64,000 bases of DNA from an uncultured Thermoprotei archaeon. GTDB taxonomy: Archaea; Thermoproteota; Thermoprotei; Thermofilales; B15-G2. Shown piece after piece: positions 10,936 to 21,111 of the stretch; positions within the stretch are counted from its first letter, which is position 1; every line of letters starts with the position of its first letter. The translations under genes were made by a program, and so were the position numbers. Location: contig CBDUKN010000008.1 of assembly GCA_965367815.1 (NCBI GenBank), positions 46,924 through 110,923 of the forward strand, read 5' to 3'. The notes beneath the pieces are model-generated. The model saw nothing but the letters and a program-made list of their open reading frames with translations, was not told the origin of the DNA and made no database searches.

Positions 10936-12020
10936 TTAACCTCACCTTTTATAACAGCATTATGAACATACACTATTTTAGGTGCCTCCTTTACCGGAGG
11001 CGGAACTACAGGTCTTATTGGGTATCTAAGCTTTATTAGTCTCTTTACAGGTCCTGGTACAGATCCTTCCATTAATATGAAATCGTTTCGTATAACACCA
11101 TAGTGTTTAAGACCTCCTTTTGGCACAACATTGAACTCCTCTATTTTCTCTTTGGGAACGATCTTAAGTATGCGTTTGTTATACTCTGTTCTCTGGTGGA
11201 AGCCCATTTGTCCGGCTCTCGGTATCATGAACATTACTCCTGGTTTTTGAGGACCTATGCTTCCTGTACGTCTGTGTCCCTTTCTATGTTTGTGCCACCG
11301 CGGCAGTATTTTTACTCCAAATCGCTTGACTACACCTTGTGTACCTTTACCTTTCGTTATGGCTATAACATCTACAAGCTGTCCCTCCTTGAAAACTTCG
11401 GTTACTCTGAGCTCTTTTCCGAGTTTTGAGAGAGCGTATTCTAATGCTTTCTGCGGATCCCCTCCTATGGCTATTTCAAAAACTTCAGGCTTCTTTTTCC
11501 CTATAGTAGTTAACCTTGGCTGAGTACACACAACTAGCCGGACGCTGCTTATTTTTTCTTTAACACTCCCTATTTTCTTGAGCTGTTTTTCGAAACGCTC
11601 TTCTGCTTTCTTTTTCTGTTCGCCATCTTCGCTAGTTTTCTTATCTTTAAGAGAATAGAATACAGCTGCTTTTGTTACGGTAAATTTGCGCTTAATGTCC
11701 TCTGGAAGCTCTTTTGCCCAGACCTCTCCCAGACACTTGTATCCGTAGGGAGTCTTCTCATAAACTCTTATAGCACAAACTATGAGCGGAGGGCATTCGA
11801 TTATAGTAGCGGCTTTAGCCACTTCTTTTCCATAGAAAGGATGATTAGGGTTGTTCTCGATGTATATTAAGTGGGTCATGCCTGCCTTATATCCTGCAAA
11901 TGCGAGAGGTACTGTTTGATCTACTTTAGGCCAGCGTCTGATTCTGGCAACTATACTTTTGGCCCTTACTCTTGGATAAACTCCCATTGATCCTCTGCGA
12001 GGCCTATGATCTTTAACCAT
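10932..12020 (-). CDS. rpl3: 50S ribosomal protein uL3
   Basis: [31 protein letters not shown]. Confidence 0.97.
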   Translation of the reverse strand: MVKDHRPRRGSMGVYPRVRAKSIVARIRRWPKVDQTVPLAFAGYKAGMTHLIYIENNPNHPFYGKEVAKAATIIECPPLIVCAIRVYEKTPYGYKCLGEVWAKELPEDIKRKFTVTKAAVFYSLKDKKTSEDGEQKKKAEERFEKQLKKIGSVKEKISSVRLVVCTQPRLTTIGKKKPEVFEIAIGGDPQKALEYALSKLGKELRVTEVFKEGQLVDVIAITKGKGTQGVVKRFGVKILPRWHKHRKGHRRTGSIGPQKPGVMFMIPRAGQMGFHQRTEYNKRILKIVPKEKIEEFNVVPKGGLKHYGVIRNDFILMEGSVPGPVKRLIKLRYPIRPVVPPPVKEAPKIVYVHNAVIKGEVK

Positions 12021-12077
12021 TTTGATCCCCCAGAGCTGAAGTGAGAGTAGGAAAGGACGGTAATAAATATTTTGCCT

Positions 12078-12917
12078 TTAAATAGCGTTGAGTATCGATA
12101 ATACTATCAACACAGCCTCTTCAGTTCTCACAGTTTTTGTACCTTGGTAAGGTACAAAATTTACAATTAAATCACAAACACTTTCTGGATCTACTCCCTC
12201 TTCCTTTAGTATCTCACATATACCTTTATGAGGCCCGCCAAAAATAATTAGAACTTTTCTGGTGCGGCTAAACAGTTTTGTTTTTAGGTCTTCTTCCACC
12301 TCTCCTATCATAACTCCGTAGCGAGAAGTCCCTAAAACAAAGTCAGCATTGCTTATCTTAATTGCATTAAGTAGAGACTCCGCCTTAATTACATCATAAC
12401 CCCAATAGACAGGAACTTCCTCTTTTGAAAGTATACGACAACAGTCAACGTCTACGGTAACTCTTGAAAAAAGAGGCCTAGCAGGGCTACAAGTAATCGG
12501 CTTATCTAAACCAATGTAGACAGTAGACTTATTTTTCACAGGATCGTTTTCGATAACTACACCTTCTCTATACTCGTGTCCTTTAACAATAATTCTTTCA
12601 GACTTTAACGGGTGATGAGGAGTGCGGAGAGGTGGCAATACTCCTGCATACTTCAACTGCTTTATTCTAGGAAATAAATACTTTCTTAAATATTGGGGAC
12701 ATTCCATATACTTTAGTATACTGTAAATAATTTCTTGGTAATAGCTGGCTTTTTCACCTTCTTTATAAACATAAATTTCATCTACCCTAAAAATGGCAGC
12801 TGCTCTCCCTACTATTCCTACTTTAGTTGTTTGTTCTCTTAGATCTCTGCATTCACTAATTAAAGAAGATGGAATAGCAATTGCCCACTCGACTTTACGT
12901 TTAGGAGGATGCTGCAT
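12078..12917 (-). CDS. SPOUT-family RNA methyltransferase (DUF171/SPOUT1-like)
   Basis: RAAAIFRVDEI, PQYLRK, GVLPPLRTPHH, QGTKTVRTEEA; usual position upstream of uL3. Confidence 0.88.
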   Translation of the reverse strand: MQHPPKRKVEWAIAIPSSLISECRDLREQTTKVGIVGRAAAIFRVDEIYVYKEGEKASYYQEIIYSILKYMECPQYLRKYLFPRIKQLKYAGVLPPLRTPHHPLKSERIIVKGHEYREGVVIENDPVKNKSTVYIGLDKPITCSPARPLFSRVTVDVDCCRILSKEEVPVYWGYDVIKAESLLNAIKISNADFVLGTSRYGVMIGEVEEDLKTKLFSRTRKVLIIFGGPHKGICEILKEEGVDPESVCDLIVNFVPYQGTKTVRTEEAVLIVLSILNAI

Positions 12918-12937
12918 TGCTAGTTATTTTATACTAT

Positions 12938-13057
12938 TTATTTCTTTTTCTTCTTTTTCTTTTCTTTTTCTTTACTCTTCCCCTTCTTTCTTGACTCCTC
13001 TTTACCCTCCGATTTTTCTACATCAAAGAATATTGATGTCCTCTGTCTTCCGCCCAT
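12938..13057 (-). CDS. Small Lys-rich protein, 39 aa (not in ORF track)
   Basis: Manual translation MGGRQRTSIFFDVEKSEGKEESRKKGKSKEKEKKKKKKK*; fills the gap between co-directional genes. Confidence 0.55.
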   Translation of the reverse strand: MGGRQRTSIFFDVEKSEGKEESRKKGKSKEKEKKKKKKK

Positions 13058-13097
13058 ATTCTCGTTTCTTAGTTAATCTAGTCCTTAATTAACTTTC

Positions 13098-13322
13098 TTA
13101 TTCCTTTATCCTCCAGTAAGCTACTTTTCCACGCTTAATTTCCTCAATTAACCCTTCTTTTTCGAGTATTCTTAATACATAGAATACTTGTGAATGGGTT
13201 AAGCCTGATCTTTTAACTATTTCCGATGTTGGTAATTCTTTTTCGCTTTTAATTAGCTCGTAAATCGTTTTTTTCCTTTCTTTTACTGCTTCTGTAGTTC
13301 TGCGAGGCATGTTGTATATCAC
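13098..13322 (-). CDS. Small winged-helix DNA-binding protein
   Basis: LPTSEIVKRSGLTHSQVFYVLRILEKEGLI wHTH pattern. Confidence 0.75.
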   Translation of the reverse strand: MIYNMPRRTTEAVKERKKTIYELIKSEKELPTSEIVKRSGLTHSQVFYVLRILEKEGLIEEIKRGKVAYWRIKE

Positions 13323-13412
13323 GCGGAGACATAATTTATATTTTATGTTTTCACTTACGCTATATTTTCAGTATTAGCTAGAGAATTTTAGAAAAGGATT
13401 CTTTAAAATATT

Positions 13413-14855
13413 TTAGCTTTTGACTAGTCTTCTGAGTAATGGATATGCCTCTAGAGCTCTTTCTTGAGCTATCATTGCCTGATACTGGACTAATATGCCT
13501 GCTAAAAGCAGTATACCTATGCCAGAACCTATAACGCCTAGAATGTCGCCTATAACGCTTATTATGGCTACTATGATCGAACTGAGTACTGTTAGTATAG
13601 GTATGTATTTTCGCAGTAGATATGCTATTATTTTAGGTGAATGCCTAAATCCGGGTATCTGCATTCCAGCGCTAACTAATTGCTCTGCCTGAGACTTGGG
13701 ATCCATTCCAGTAAGTTCTACCCACAGTATTCCGAAGAGAATACAGAGCCCTATTGTTATTAGTGAATACAGCAGTACGTGAATAGGGTCTTCTAACACT
13801 GAAGTTAATCCACGTGGCGGAGTTATGTAATATATTAGGCAGCCGGGTAGAGGAACTAGTCTTCCTTCTTTAACTTCAAATTTAGCTATTAAGTTAAGCC
13901 ATGTATTGCTATTGTCCCTATTGAATCGAGACCATAGTACTTGTGAAAACATATAGATATCGGTGTACAGTATGCTAGCAAAGATTAATGGGATTATTGA
14001 CACATAAAGGAATTTAAGCGGTATTTTAGCTTTAAGGCCCCTGTATTTTGAGAGAGAAACTCCTACTTCGACCTGCATGCTTTCCATGTAAATTACTAGT
14101 ATGAAGAAAACTATCATCGTAGCGAAGCCGACTATGTCTGGCAGCCCTTTTCTTACTAATACAGTCGAGACAACAGACCAATTTCCTGTATTTGTAGCAT
14201 TTAATATGGCAACTGTTAACGCTGGAATTACTCCTAGAGGCAATCCGTCAGCAAAGGGACCTATGGGCGAGAATATTTGCCAGAATATTTGCTGAGCAAT
14301 TCCGGCTGCAATGAATAAGTTTACTCCGCTTCCTATACCCCATCCTTTCTGTATCATCTCGTCCATCAGAATAACTGCAAGGGATGCCATCATTAGTTGG
14401 GCAAATATGAGCGCAGCTGATGTAATTGCTAGCACTCCGTAAGCTCCTCCTAGAATGAAAGCTAAAGCCTCTACTGCGGCAAAGACTATTGCTAAAAGTT
14501 TCTGCGCCCCGCTAAAGAACGCTCTATCCTCGGGTTTGCTAAGATCTAGTTCCAGAATCTTGCTTCCAACTAGAAGTTCCAATATAATACCGCTTGTAAC
14601 TATAGGTCCTATGCCGAGTTCTGCTAGTGTTCCTTTTCTAGAAGCTAGTATTATTCTGAAAAAGAATAATTCCTCGTAGCCTCTAGTTCCATAAGGTATT
14701 CCGTACAGAGGTACTTCACACATTATTAAGTACACTATCACTACTATGGCTGTCCAGAATAGCTTCTCTCTAAGCGTAACAGGTCTTCGTGGCCTTGGAA
14801 CTTCAGGCAGAATACTGAATGCTGACCTAATAACGTCTTTTACAGATACAGACAT
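13413..14855 (-). CDS. secY: Preprotein translocase SecY/Sec61alpha
   Basis: GTLAELGIGPIVTSGII, KGWGIGSG, IPGFR. Confidence 0.97.
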   Translation of the reverse strand: MSVSVKDVIRSAFSILPEVPRPRRPVTLREKLFWTAIVVIVYLIMCEVPLYGIPYGTRGYEELFFFRIILASRKGTLAELGIGPIVTSGIILELLVGSKILELDLSKPEDRAFFSGAQKLLAIVFAAVEALAFILGGAYGVLAITSAALIFAQLMMASLAVILMDEMIQKGWGIGSGVNLFIAAGIAQQIFWQIFSPIGPFADGLPLGVIPALTVAILNATNTGNWSVVSTVLVRKGLPDIVGFATMIVFFILVIYMESMQVEVGVSLSKYRGLKAKIPLKFLYVSIIPLIFASILYTDIYMFSQVLWSRFNRDNSNTWLNLIAKFEVKEGRLVPLPGCLIYYITPPRGLTSVLEDPIHVLLYSLITIGLCILFGILWVELTGMDPKSQAEQLVSAGMQIPGFRHSPKIIAYLLRKYIPILTVLSSIIVAIISVIGDILGVIGSGIGILLLAGILVQYQAMIAQERALEAYPLLRRLVKS

Positions 14856-14865
14856 GATATCACCT

Positions 14866-15309
14866 TTAGCTCGCTGTAATAACTTTGCCTCCAGCTGCTT
14901 TAACTTTCTCTATAGCTTTCTCTGACGCCATTCTAACAGATATTACCACAGGTTTGGATATTTTTCCTCCCCCTAGAAGCTTGTTGTATCCTAATTTTCC
15001 TAGGTCTACATAGTACTTGTTTTCTTTCATTTCAGCCAACCCCTTTTCCATGAGTGCATCTAGCATAGAGTCTAAGTCCTTGAGATTTATTGCCTTAACT
15101 TGAGGTTTTATAGCAGGAGGCTGAGTAAATCCATGTTTACCATACCAGTCTGGCGCATATTTGATAACCCATGTCCACATGTGTTTATGATATCCTGCGT
15201 GTCCTCTTCCTCCTCTGCTTCCACTTTTTCTGTGCTGACCTACTCTCCCCCAACCATGAGTTCTCCATCCTCTGAGACTTCTAGATTTTTTCTCCCTTCT
15301 GACTACCAT
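14866..15309 (-). CDS. rpl15: 50S ribosomal protein uL15
   Basis: RTHGWG, GSRGGRG, GKHGF, AIEKVKAAGG. Confidence 0.97.
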   Translation of the reverse strand: MVVRREKKSRSLRGWRTHGWGRVGQHRKSGSRGGRGHAGYHKHMWTWVIKYAPDWYGKHGFTQPPAIKPQVKAINLKDLDSMLDALMEKGLAEMKENKYYVDLGKLGYNKLLGGGKISKPVVISVRMASEKAIEKVKAAGGKVITAS

Positions 15310-15477
15310 TAAATCACCACTAGATTAGGTCTGAAAGTAAGGCTTCATCGGTGCTATATAGCTTTTTCGTAATGTTCACCTTCAGCAGTCAACCTATTTC
15401 TCTAAGACATAGCGGAAAATTTATAAAGCTTAACCATAATGTGCCTTAGCTGAGAGTATTTAAGGAAAGGTGGTATT

Positions 15478-16116
15478 ATGAGTGTACTAGACACATGGGT
15501 ACCTAAAACAAGAGTAGGGAGACTGGTAAAGGAAGGAAAAATAACTTCAATAGACGAGATATTCGAGAGAAACTGGCCCATTAAAGAGGTCGAGATAGTT
15601 GATATACTCTTACCAGACCTTAAACATGAAGTACTCAACATAAACTTGGTGCAGCGCCAGACGGATAGCCCGCTTTAAGCGGGCCCGTAAGCTGGCGAAA
15701 TAAGTAGATTTCAGGCAGTTGTAGCTGTCGGAAACGAGGATGGTTACGTAGGAGTGGGTGTAGGCAAAGCTAAACAAGTAAGACAGGCAATTGAAAAAGC
15801 TATCATAGATGCTAAATTAAACATCATTCCTGTAAGAAGAGGATGCGGAAGCTGGGAATGCTTATGCAATACTCCTCACAGCGTGCCCTTTAAAGTCAAA
15901 GGAAAATGCGGAAGCGTTGAAATAATTCTAATTCCAGCACCCAAAGGCGTTGGTTTGGTGGCAGGCGAGACTGCAAAAACAGTACTGCGATTAGCTGGAA
16001 TTAAGGATGTTTGGACACGAACTCGAGGCGAAACGAGAACAACTATTAACTTCGCTAAAGCCACATACGAAGCCTTAAAGAAGACATATGCTATAAAGAC
16101 CCCAGATAGGTGGTAA
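15478..16116 (+). CDS. rps5: 30S ribosomal protein uS5, intron-split: join(15478..15666,15691..16116), 204 aa
   Basis: [11 protein letters not shown]...VQRQTD^[23 protein letters not shown]...RRGCGSWEC is continuous after removing 24 nt. Confidence 0.95.
15667..15690 (+). other. 24-nt BHB-type intron in uS5 mRNA
   Basis: Outer helix CGCCAG/CTGGCG, bulge AA^G, central helix ACGG/CCGT, bulge AT^A, inner helix GCCCGCT/AGCGGGC; two in-frame TAA. Confidence 0.9.
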
Positions 16117-16119
16117 ACT

Positions 16120-16590
16120 TTGGGTAAAAGACTAGCTGTTATACGTATAAGGGGAACAGTAGGTGTAAGAAAAGACATAGAGTATACACTAAGGTTACTT
16201 AGGCTAGTAAGAAAATTTCACGCAGTAGTAATCGACGATAGACCGGACTACCTTGGTATGCTACAGAAGGTAAAAGACTATGTTACATGGGGAGAAATAG
16301 ATGCAGAAACACTAGCCGAACTTTTAAGAAAAAGAGGTCGTCTCGTAGGAAATAGAAGACCTACAGACGAAGATGTCAAAAAGTTAGGATATAGCAGTAT
16401 AGAAGAGTTTGCCGAAGCAGTAATAGAGTTTAAAGCAGAACTGAGCGACATACCTGGACTAAAACCTGTATTTAGGCTACATCCTCCTAAAGGAGGATTT
16501 AAGGGAACAATAAAGAGAATGTACGGCGACGGTGGAGAAACAGGGTATAGAGGCAAAGATATTAACGAGCTACTACGAAGAATGATTTAA
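16120..16590 (+). CDS. rpl30p: 50S ribosomal protein uL30
   Basis: [29 protein letters not shown]. Confidence 0.96.
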   Translation: MGKRLAVIRIRGTVGVRKDIEYTLRLLRLVRKFHAVVIDDRPDYLGMLQKVKDYVTWGEIDAETLAELLRKRGRLVGNRRPTDEDVKKLGYSSIEEFAEAVIEFKAELSDIPGLKPVFRLHPPKGGFKGTIKRMYGDGGETGYRGKDINELLRRMI

Positions 16591-17204
16591 GAGCTCTTCT
16601 TGCTTAATAAACTTTCGTATTTTGAAACAATTTTACTTTTAACCTCTGTAAAGTGACTCACTATATTTTCTGGCCGTAGTCCTCTTTTCAGATACTGAGA
16701 AAACTGTCTTTCATATAAGCTAAGATCTTTCTCCAGCAAGTATTTCGCGTAATCTTCTATGTGTTTCCCTGATATTCTATCTTCCGATGGAAGTACTTCA
16801 GGAGAACATGGAACTTTAAGTCCGGCATCGAGAGCTCCCTTTATTACAGCAAATACTTTAGACCCCTTTGTCGGTCTATGTAATCCTATATCGGGTATAG
16901 CTTCTTCTATTCCTTTAAGTCTAGCCTTATATCCTATTATCAACCCCGTTAAGTATGCTGCAGCAGTATTTGAGCAGTCGCCTAGCCAGCCATATTTTTT
17001 AGCTAGTACTTTGGAAGATATACCTACTATTGTCTCATCTCCTTCTGGTTTCGCTTTAACTATTTGTGCTATAATGTATTTGAGAGTTTTTCTTATAACT
17101 AATCTTGGTTTGTCGGAGAGTATCATTTTTCTTCTCTTGTAGTAGTTTGTTAGACCTAGTCTTCTTCTGCGGAAGGGTACTTTATAGCGCCCGTTTCGCG
17201 CCAT
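16587..17204 (-). CDS. rpl18: 50S ribosomal protein uL18
   Basis: [31 protein letters not shown]. Confidence 0.97.
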   Translation of the reverse strand: MARNGRYKVPFRRRRLGLTNYYKRRKMILSDKPRLVIRKTLKYIIAQIVKAKPEGDETIVGISSKVLAKKYGWLGDCSNTAAAYLTGLIIGYKARLKGIEEAIPDIGLHRPTKGSKVFAVIKGALDAGLKVPCSPEVLPSEDRISGKHIEDYAKYLLEKDLSLYERQFSQYLKRGLRPENIVSHFTEVKSKIVSKYESLLSKKSS

Positions 17205-17209
17205 AGCTA

Positions 17210-17650
17210 CTACCTCTCAAGCAATTTGTGTTCCTCAATATAAGCTTTTAAGTGAGATAGACTTCTAAAGTATCCTCCTTTAGCTAGACGATAAAGTCTC
17301 CTGTAAGTTCTTGGACTAATTTTTCTTCTAGCTCTAAGTTCCTTTAGGTATCGTCTCATAGCTCTGATTTTAGCGACCCATATCTCTTTTTCATCAAATC
17401 TAGGTCCTTTTCTCTTTCCTGGTCCTCTTCTCCTGCCTTTTTTCTTCTTTAGGTGCCTGATTCTTGCTCTTACTCTAGAATTACCTTTTTTAGGCTTGAC
17501 TCTAATAACTCCTTCTTTAATAAGCTTTTTAACTTCTTCTCTTGTGATTACTGTGACTAGCTCATTATGTTTAGTAGGGTCAATCCATATTCTTGATACA
17601 CCTACTCCCAATATTTCTGACGCTAACCTTTTTAGATGATCAACAGACAC
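17210..17650 (-). CDS. rpl19e: 50S ribosomal protein eL19
   Basis: [29 protein letters not shown]. Confidence 0.97.
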   Translation of the reverse strand: MSVDHLKRLASEILGVGVSRIWIDPTKHNELVTVITREEVKKLIKEGVIRVKPKKGNSRVRARIRHLKKKKGRRRGPGKRKGPRFDEKEIWVAKIRAMRRYLKELRARRKISPRTYRRLYRLAKGGYFRSLSHLKAYIEEHKLLER

Positions 17651-17661
17651 TACTCCTCACC

Positions 17662-18099
17662 TCATAACTGAGGATTTAATATTTTTATATTTCGTTTTTT
17701 AGCCTCTTCAATTATTTCCATTCTTTTTCTTTTACCAACAGTAGACGCTATTCTAATAGCTTCTCTATCAGGATCTATGTAGTCCAAATCTTTAACGTTA
17801 TATACAATGACATCCCTGAAGCCCGAAGGATGATATCCTCTAACCCTTTTAGGTCCTCTGTATCCGATTTTTACTCTCGGCGGATAACCTTTAACTTGTA
17901 ATCGTATTTTGTTGTCTAAGCCTTTAGGTCTCCTCCAAGAGTCTCCTATACGCTTAAATCTCCATGCATCCATACGCATGAATCGAGGTAGTTTATTCTT
18001 GAGCTGCCTGCGGATAATTAGCATTTTCTTTTCTAACGGTGTAAGCTTAGGTTTCACCTTTACTAACTCCTCAACGTTTTCACTCATTTTCTCCACCAC
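17662..18099 (-). CDS. rpl32e: 50S ribosomal protein eL32
   Basis: WRRPKGLDNKIR, GYR, HPSG. Confidence 0.96.
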   Translation of the reverse strand: MVEKMSENVEELVKVKPKLTPLEKKMLIIRRQLKNKLPRFMRMDAWRFKRIGDSWRRPKGLDNKIRLQVKGYPPRVKIGYRGPKRVRGYHPSGFRDVIVYNVKDLDYIDPDREAIRIASTVGKRKRMEIIEEAKKRNIKILNPQL

Positions 18100-18104
18100 C
18101 TATA

Positions 18105-18497
18105 TTAATAAACATAAGCTACTAAGACTCCACCAATACCTAACTTTTTAGCCTCTTTGTGAGTCATTACGCCTTTAGACGTCGACACTATAAGTACTCC
18201 CATGTTTCTTGCAGGGAGATACTTTTCTTCCCATTCTTCAAATTCATTTTTCTTTACAGGAAATCTTGGTTTAATAACTCCGCACTTATTAATTCGACCT
18301 AAAAGTTGTACTCTTAGCTTACCAGACCTACCATCATCTATGTATTCTATTTCGCCGATATATCCTTCTTTCTGCATTACTCTTAGTACCTGAGCTATGA
18401 ACTTTGAAGCCGGATATATTATACACTCCTTATGCCCTCTTGCTTCATTGTTCACTATTGTTGCCAACGCATTTGCGAGAGTATCCATGAGCACCAT
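18105..18497 (-). CDS. rps8: 30S ribosomal protein uS8
   Basis: [32 protein letters not shown]. Confidence 0.97.
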   Translation of the reverse strand: MVLMDTLANALATIVNNEARGHKECIIYPASKFIAQVLRVMQKEGYIGEIEYIDDGRSGKLRVQLLGRINKCGVIKPRFPVKKNEFEEWEEKYLPARNMGVLIVSTSKGVMTHKEAKKLGIGGVLVAYVY

Positions 18498-18540
18498 TGT
18501 TCTTCCTCCTCAATCACCATCATGTCCTCTATAAATTTTT

Positions 18541-18705
18541 CTACATATACTTCTTGAAACCTATTTGCTCGGCTACTTCTCTAAAACATCTTCTACATAG
18601 GTTTAAGCCATACATTCTAATTAAAGCTTCATGAGTCCCGCAGCGCCTACATCTTCTTGAACCTTTTCCATATTTTCTTATTTTAGGTGAACGAATTTTA
18701 CCCAT
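18541..18705 (-). CDS. rps14: 30S ribosomal protein uS14, 54 aa (not in ORF track)
   Basis: Manual translation [54 protein letters not shown]; between uL5 and uS8. Confidence 0.96.
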   Translation of the reverse strand: MGKIRSPKIRKYGKGSRRCRRCGTHEALIRMYGLNLCRRCFREVAEQIGFKKYM

Positions 18706-18711
18706 ATTTCC

Positions 18712-19278
18712 TCACCTCTTACGAGATCTTACAACAGTAACTCCTAACACCTTTTCTAAAAACTCTATTGCTTCTTCTTTTGCTACATAGTGATTCTTTC
18801 CTATCGAAGATTTTCTCCTTTTTCTTCTAGCAACTCTGAAGCCCGGTCTTTCAAGCGAAATACAGACGTCAAATCCGAAGATTCCTACCATAGGATCATA
18901 CTTTACTCCTGGTAGAAGTATATGTTCTTTGACTCCAAAGCATATATTGCCTCTGTCGTCTATGCTACTCTCCTTTATTTTGTAGTCGATTACAGGAAGT
19001 ACTTTCTCTAAGAATTTTAGTGCTTTTTCTCCTCTTAGTGTGACTACACAAGCTATATTTTCTCCCTTCTTTATTCCGAATTCCTTTATTGTTCTTTTAG
19101 CTTTTCGAAGAGACGGCTTTTGACCTGTAATCTCTTCTAACACCATTGCTGCCTTCATTAGTCGTTCTCCAGATTCCCCTACGGCCATGTTTACTACAAC
19201 CTTACTTAGAATGATACTTCTCATCACAGGTTCTTTTGCAAGAACCCAAGGTTTGTTTAGCATATAGCTTTGCGCCAT
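18712..19278 (-). CDS. rpl5: 50S ribosomal protein uL5
   Basis: KVVVNMAVGESG, ITGQKP, VTLRG. Confidence 0.97.
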   Translation of the reverse strand: MAQSYMLNKPWVLAKEPVMRSIILSKVVVNMAVGESGERLMKAAMVLEEITGQKPSLRKAKRTIKEFGIKKGENIACVVTLRGEKALKFLEKVLPVIDYKIKESSIDDRGNICFGVKEHILLPGVKYDPMVGIFGFDVCISLERPGFRVARRKRRKSSIGKNHYVAKEEAIEFLEKVLGVTVVRSRKR

Positions 19279-19279
19279 A

Positions 19280-20023
19280 TTACTTCACCTCGAAAACGCT
19301 TATTTCTGGTTTTTCATCACCTATTAAAAATACATAGTCCATTATAGTTCTTAATTCCTCTCCATTATCTGTTTCAAGTGAAACAATAGCCCTTGACTTC
19401 TTAAAGACTTGAATTACTTCCTTTATTCTTCCCACTCTTCCTACGTTGTTGCCTCCTATAATTATCGCGTACTTACCTTTCTCGAACTTGAAGTGTCCAA
19501 GTAGTTCTTGTCTAGGTATACTTATCTTAATTGTGTCGTACGTCTTATAGACATCTTCTTCAGGATTTCTTGGATTAGATACTCTAATTAAATGGTTCCT
19601 ACCATCATGAAGATTTAGCTGAATGTGCCCTCCTTTAACTGTTGTTTTATTTTCTATTCTGCATAGTTTAAAGCCGGCTTTCTCTTTAGATATTGGTAGT
19701 AAGTCGAGGAATTTAACAGGATGGGGCATTACTCTGAAGTATTCTTCCGTGGGAACTATTTCAATCACATCCATTAATCCTATGGGGAACTTGTAGTCTC
19801 TACGTACCTTTCCATCGACTTTAACTTTGCCTTCTCCTAGAATCATTCTTGCTTCACGCATAGTTTTGGCATACTTTAAGTAGTCTCGGATTACTATTCC
19901 AAGTGGAATACAGCGATCTATGGGGTGAGGGCCTGGACTAGGCTTTACTGTCCAGTGATACTCTTTCCTAAGTATCTTCCAGAACCATGGAGCTGCATGA
20001 CGGGTTAAATGCCTAGAGGTCAT
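19280..20023 (-). CDS. rps4e: 30S ribosomal protein eS4
   Basis: PSPGPH, VDGKVR, QLNLHDGRN. Confidence 0.97.
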   Translation of the reverse strand: MTSRHLTRHAAPWFWKILRKEYHWTVKPSPGPHPIDRCIPLGIVIRDYLKYAKTMREARMILGEGKVKVDGKVRRDYKFPIGLMDVIEIVPTEEYFRVMPHPVKFLDLLPISKEKAGFKLCRIENKTTVKGGHIQLNLHDGRNHLIRVSNPRNPEEDVYKTYDTIKISIPRQELLGHFKFEKGKYAIIIGGNNVGRVGRIKEVIQVFKKSRAIVSLETDNGEELRTIMDYVFLIGDEKPEISVFEVK

Positions 20024-20391
20024 ACTCCCACCTTCTTTCTTTCAATTATTCTTTTTCTGTAGGAATCCGATAAATCAAGTTTTGTTATCATGACTTTAGA
20101 TGGATGAATAGGTACATGCACTGTAGTTCCGTCTGCTTTCTGTCTAGTTGCTCCCTCTACGTAAATTCTTCTTTTCTTTAAGCTTACTCTGATAACTTTG
20201 CCTTCATGGCCAGCGTAGTCTCCTCTTAGTATTAAGACAGCATCTCCTTTTCTAACAGGAAGTCTTTTGATACCTAGTTCTTTTCGTAGAGGCTCAGCTA
20301 GCTTTGCTGTCATGTCTTTTTGCCTTTTGTGAAGTGGTGCATTGAAGTAAAGATATCTCTGTTTACGAGGTTGCTTAGGTGAGCGCCCCAT
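20020..20391 (-). CDS. rpl24: 50S ribosomal protein uL24
   Basis: QPRKQR, PVRKGD, IHPSKVMITKL; start at ATG 20391 inferred. Confidence 0.96.
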   Translation of the reverse strand: MGRSPKQPRKQRYLYFNAPLHKRQKDMTAKLAEPLRKELGIKRLPVRKGDAVLILRGDYAGHEGKVIRVSLKKRRIYVEGATRQKADGTTVHVPIHPSKVMITKLDLSDSYRKRIIERKKVGV

Positions 20392-20542
20392 AACGTAACC
20401 TCCTTTCAAAGGATAAAAGCTAGTTAATAAGGTTTGCCGTGTATAAAACATTCATTAAGATAAATTACCATAGATACATCTAGTTATACTACATGCTTTA
20501 CAATATTATGTAATAAAATATCAAAAATACTTAAATTAGCGT

Positions 20543-20917
20543 TTATTCTCCTTTTTCTGCCAGTCTCTTCTTATAATCCTCTTTTATTTTATTCCAATCT
20601 ATATGTTTCTGGACTATTGTTTTTAAGTGCTCTCTGAGTATCTTCAATGCTTTCTCTCGTCCGAGCCTAGCTGCATTCCATGTAACAAATGGCGGGTAAA
20701 AGGTTGCAGACTCTATCTTAACATTGTCGTCCTCCACTTTGAACTTAATGTAGCCTAGTTCTCTTAAATAGCATGTATCGTTTGGACATAGTATATCTAT
20801 TTCATTTAGCTCTTTCTTTAAGAAAAGCAGTTTATAGTCAGACGGTTGCTCTATAATTCTACCACATGGACACTGTATTTTTTCTTCCTGAGGCTCGTTC
20901 GTGCTCAAACGTACCAC
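20543..20917 (-). CDS. Hypothetical protein, probable zinc binder
   Basis: CPCG and CPNDTC motifs; host-like codon use. Confidence 0.65.
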   Translation of the reverse strand: MVRLSTNEPQEEKIQCPCGRIIEQPSDYKLLFLKKELNEIDILCPNDTCYLRELGYIKFKVEDDNVKIESATFYPPFVTWNAARLGREKALKILREHLKTIVQKHIDWNKIKEDYKKRLAEKGE

Positions 20918-21111
20918 CTAACCATTTTTACTACTCACCACCTATAATTTTAACTTTTTCGCTTATCTAATCTTACACATTAATAGCATACAATAACTTA
21001 GGTAACTGTCTCTGCTTTTTTACATTAATATTCGAAAATTTCATTATATTAATTTCCAAACAATACATTTTTACAAGAAAAATAAAATACTTGTTTAAAA
21101 GTTCTAGAAAG

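Noticed and set aside
11600-11670. Charged insertion in uL3 as a hidden in-frame intron
   Set aside because: No hairpin or BHB pairing and no stops; it looks like an ordinary protein loop expansion
15478-16116. rps5 as a pseudogene, sequencing error or stop-readthrough gene
   Set aside because: The gene is essential, both halves are intact, the insert has two TAA codons, and its ends coincide exactly with BHB cleavage sites
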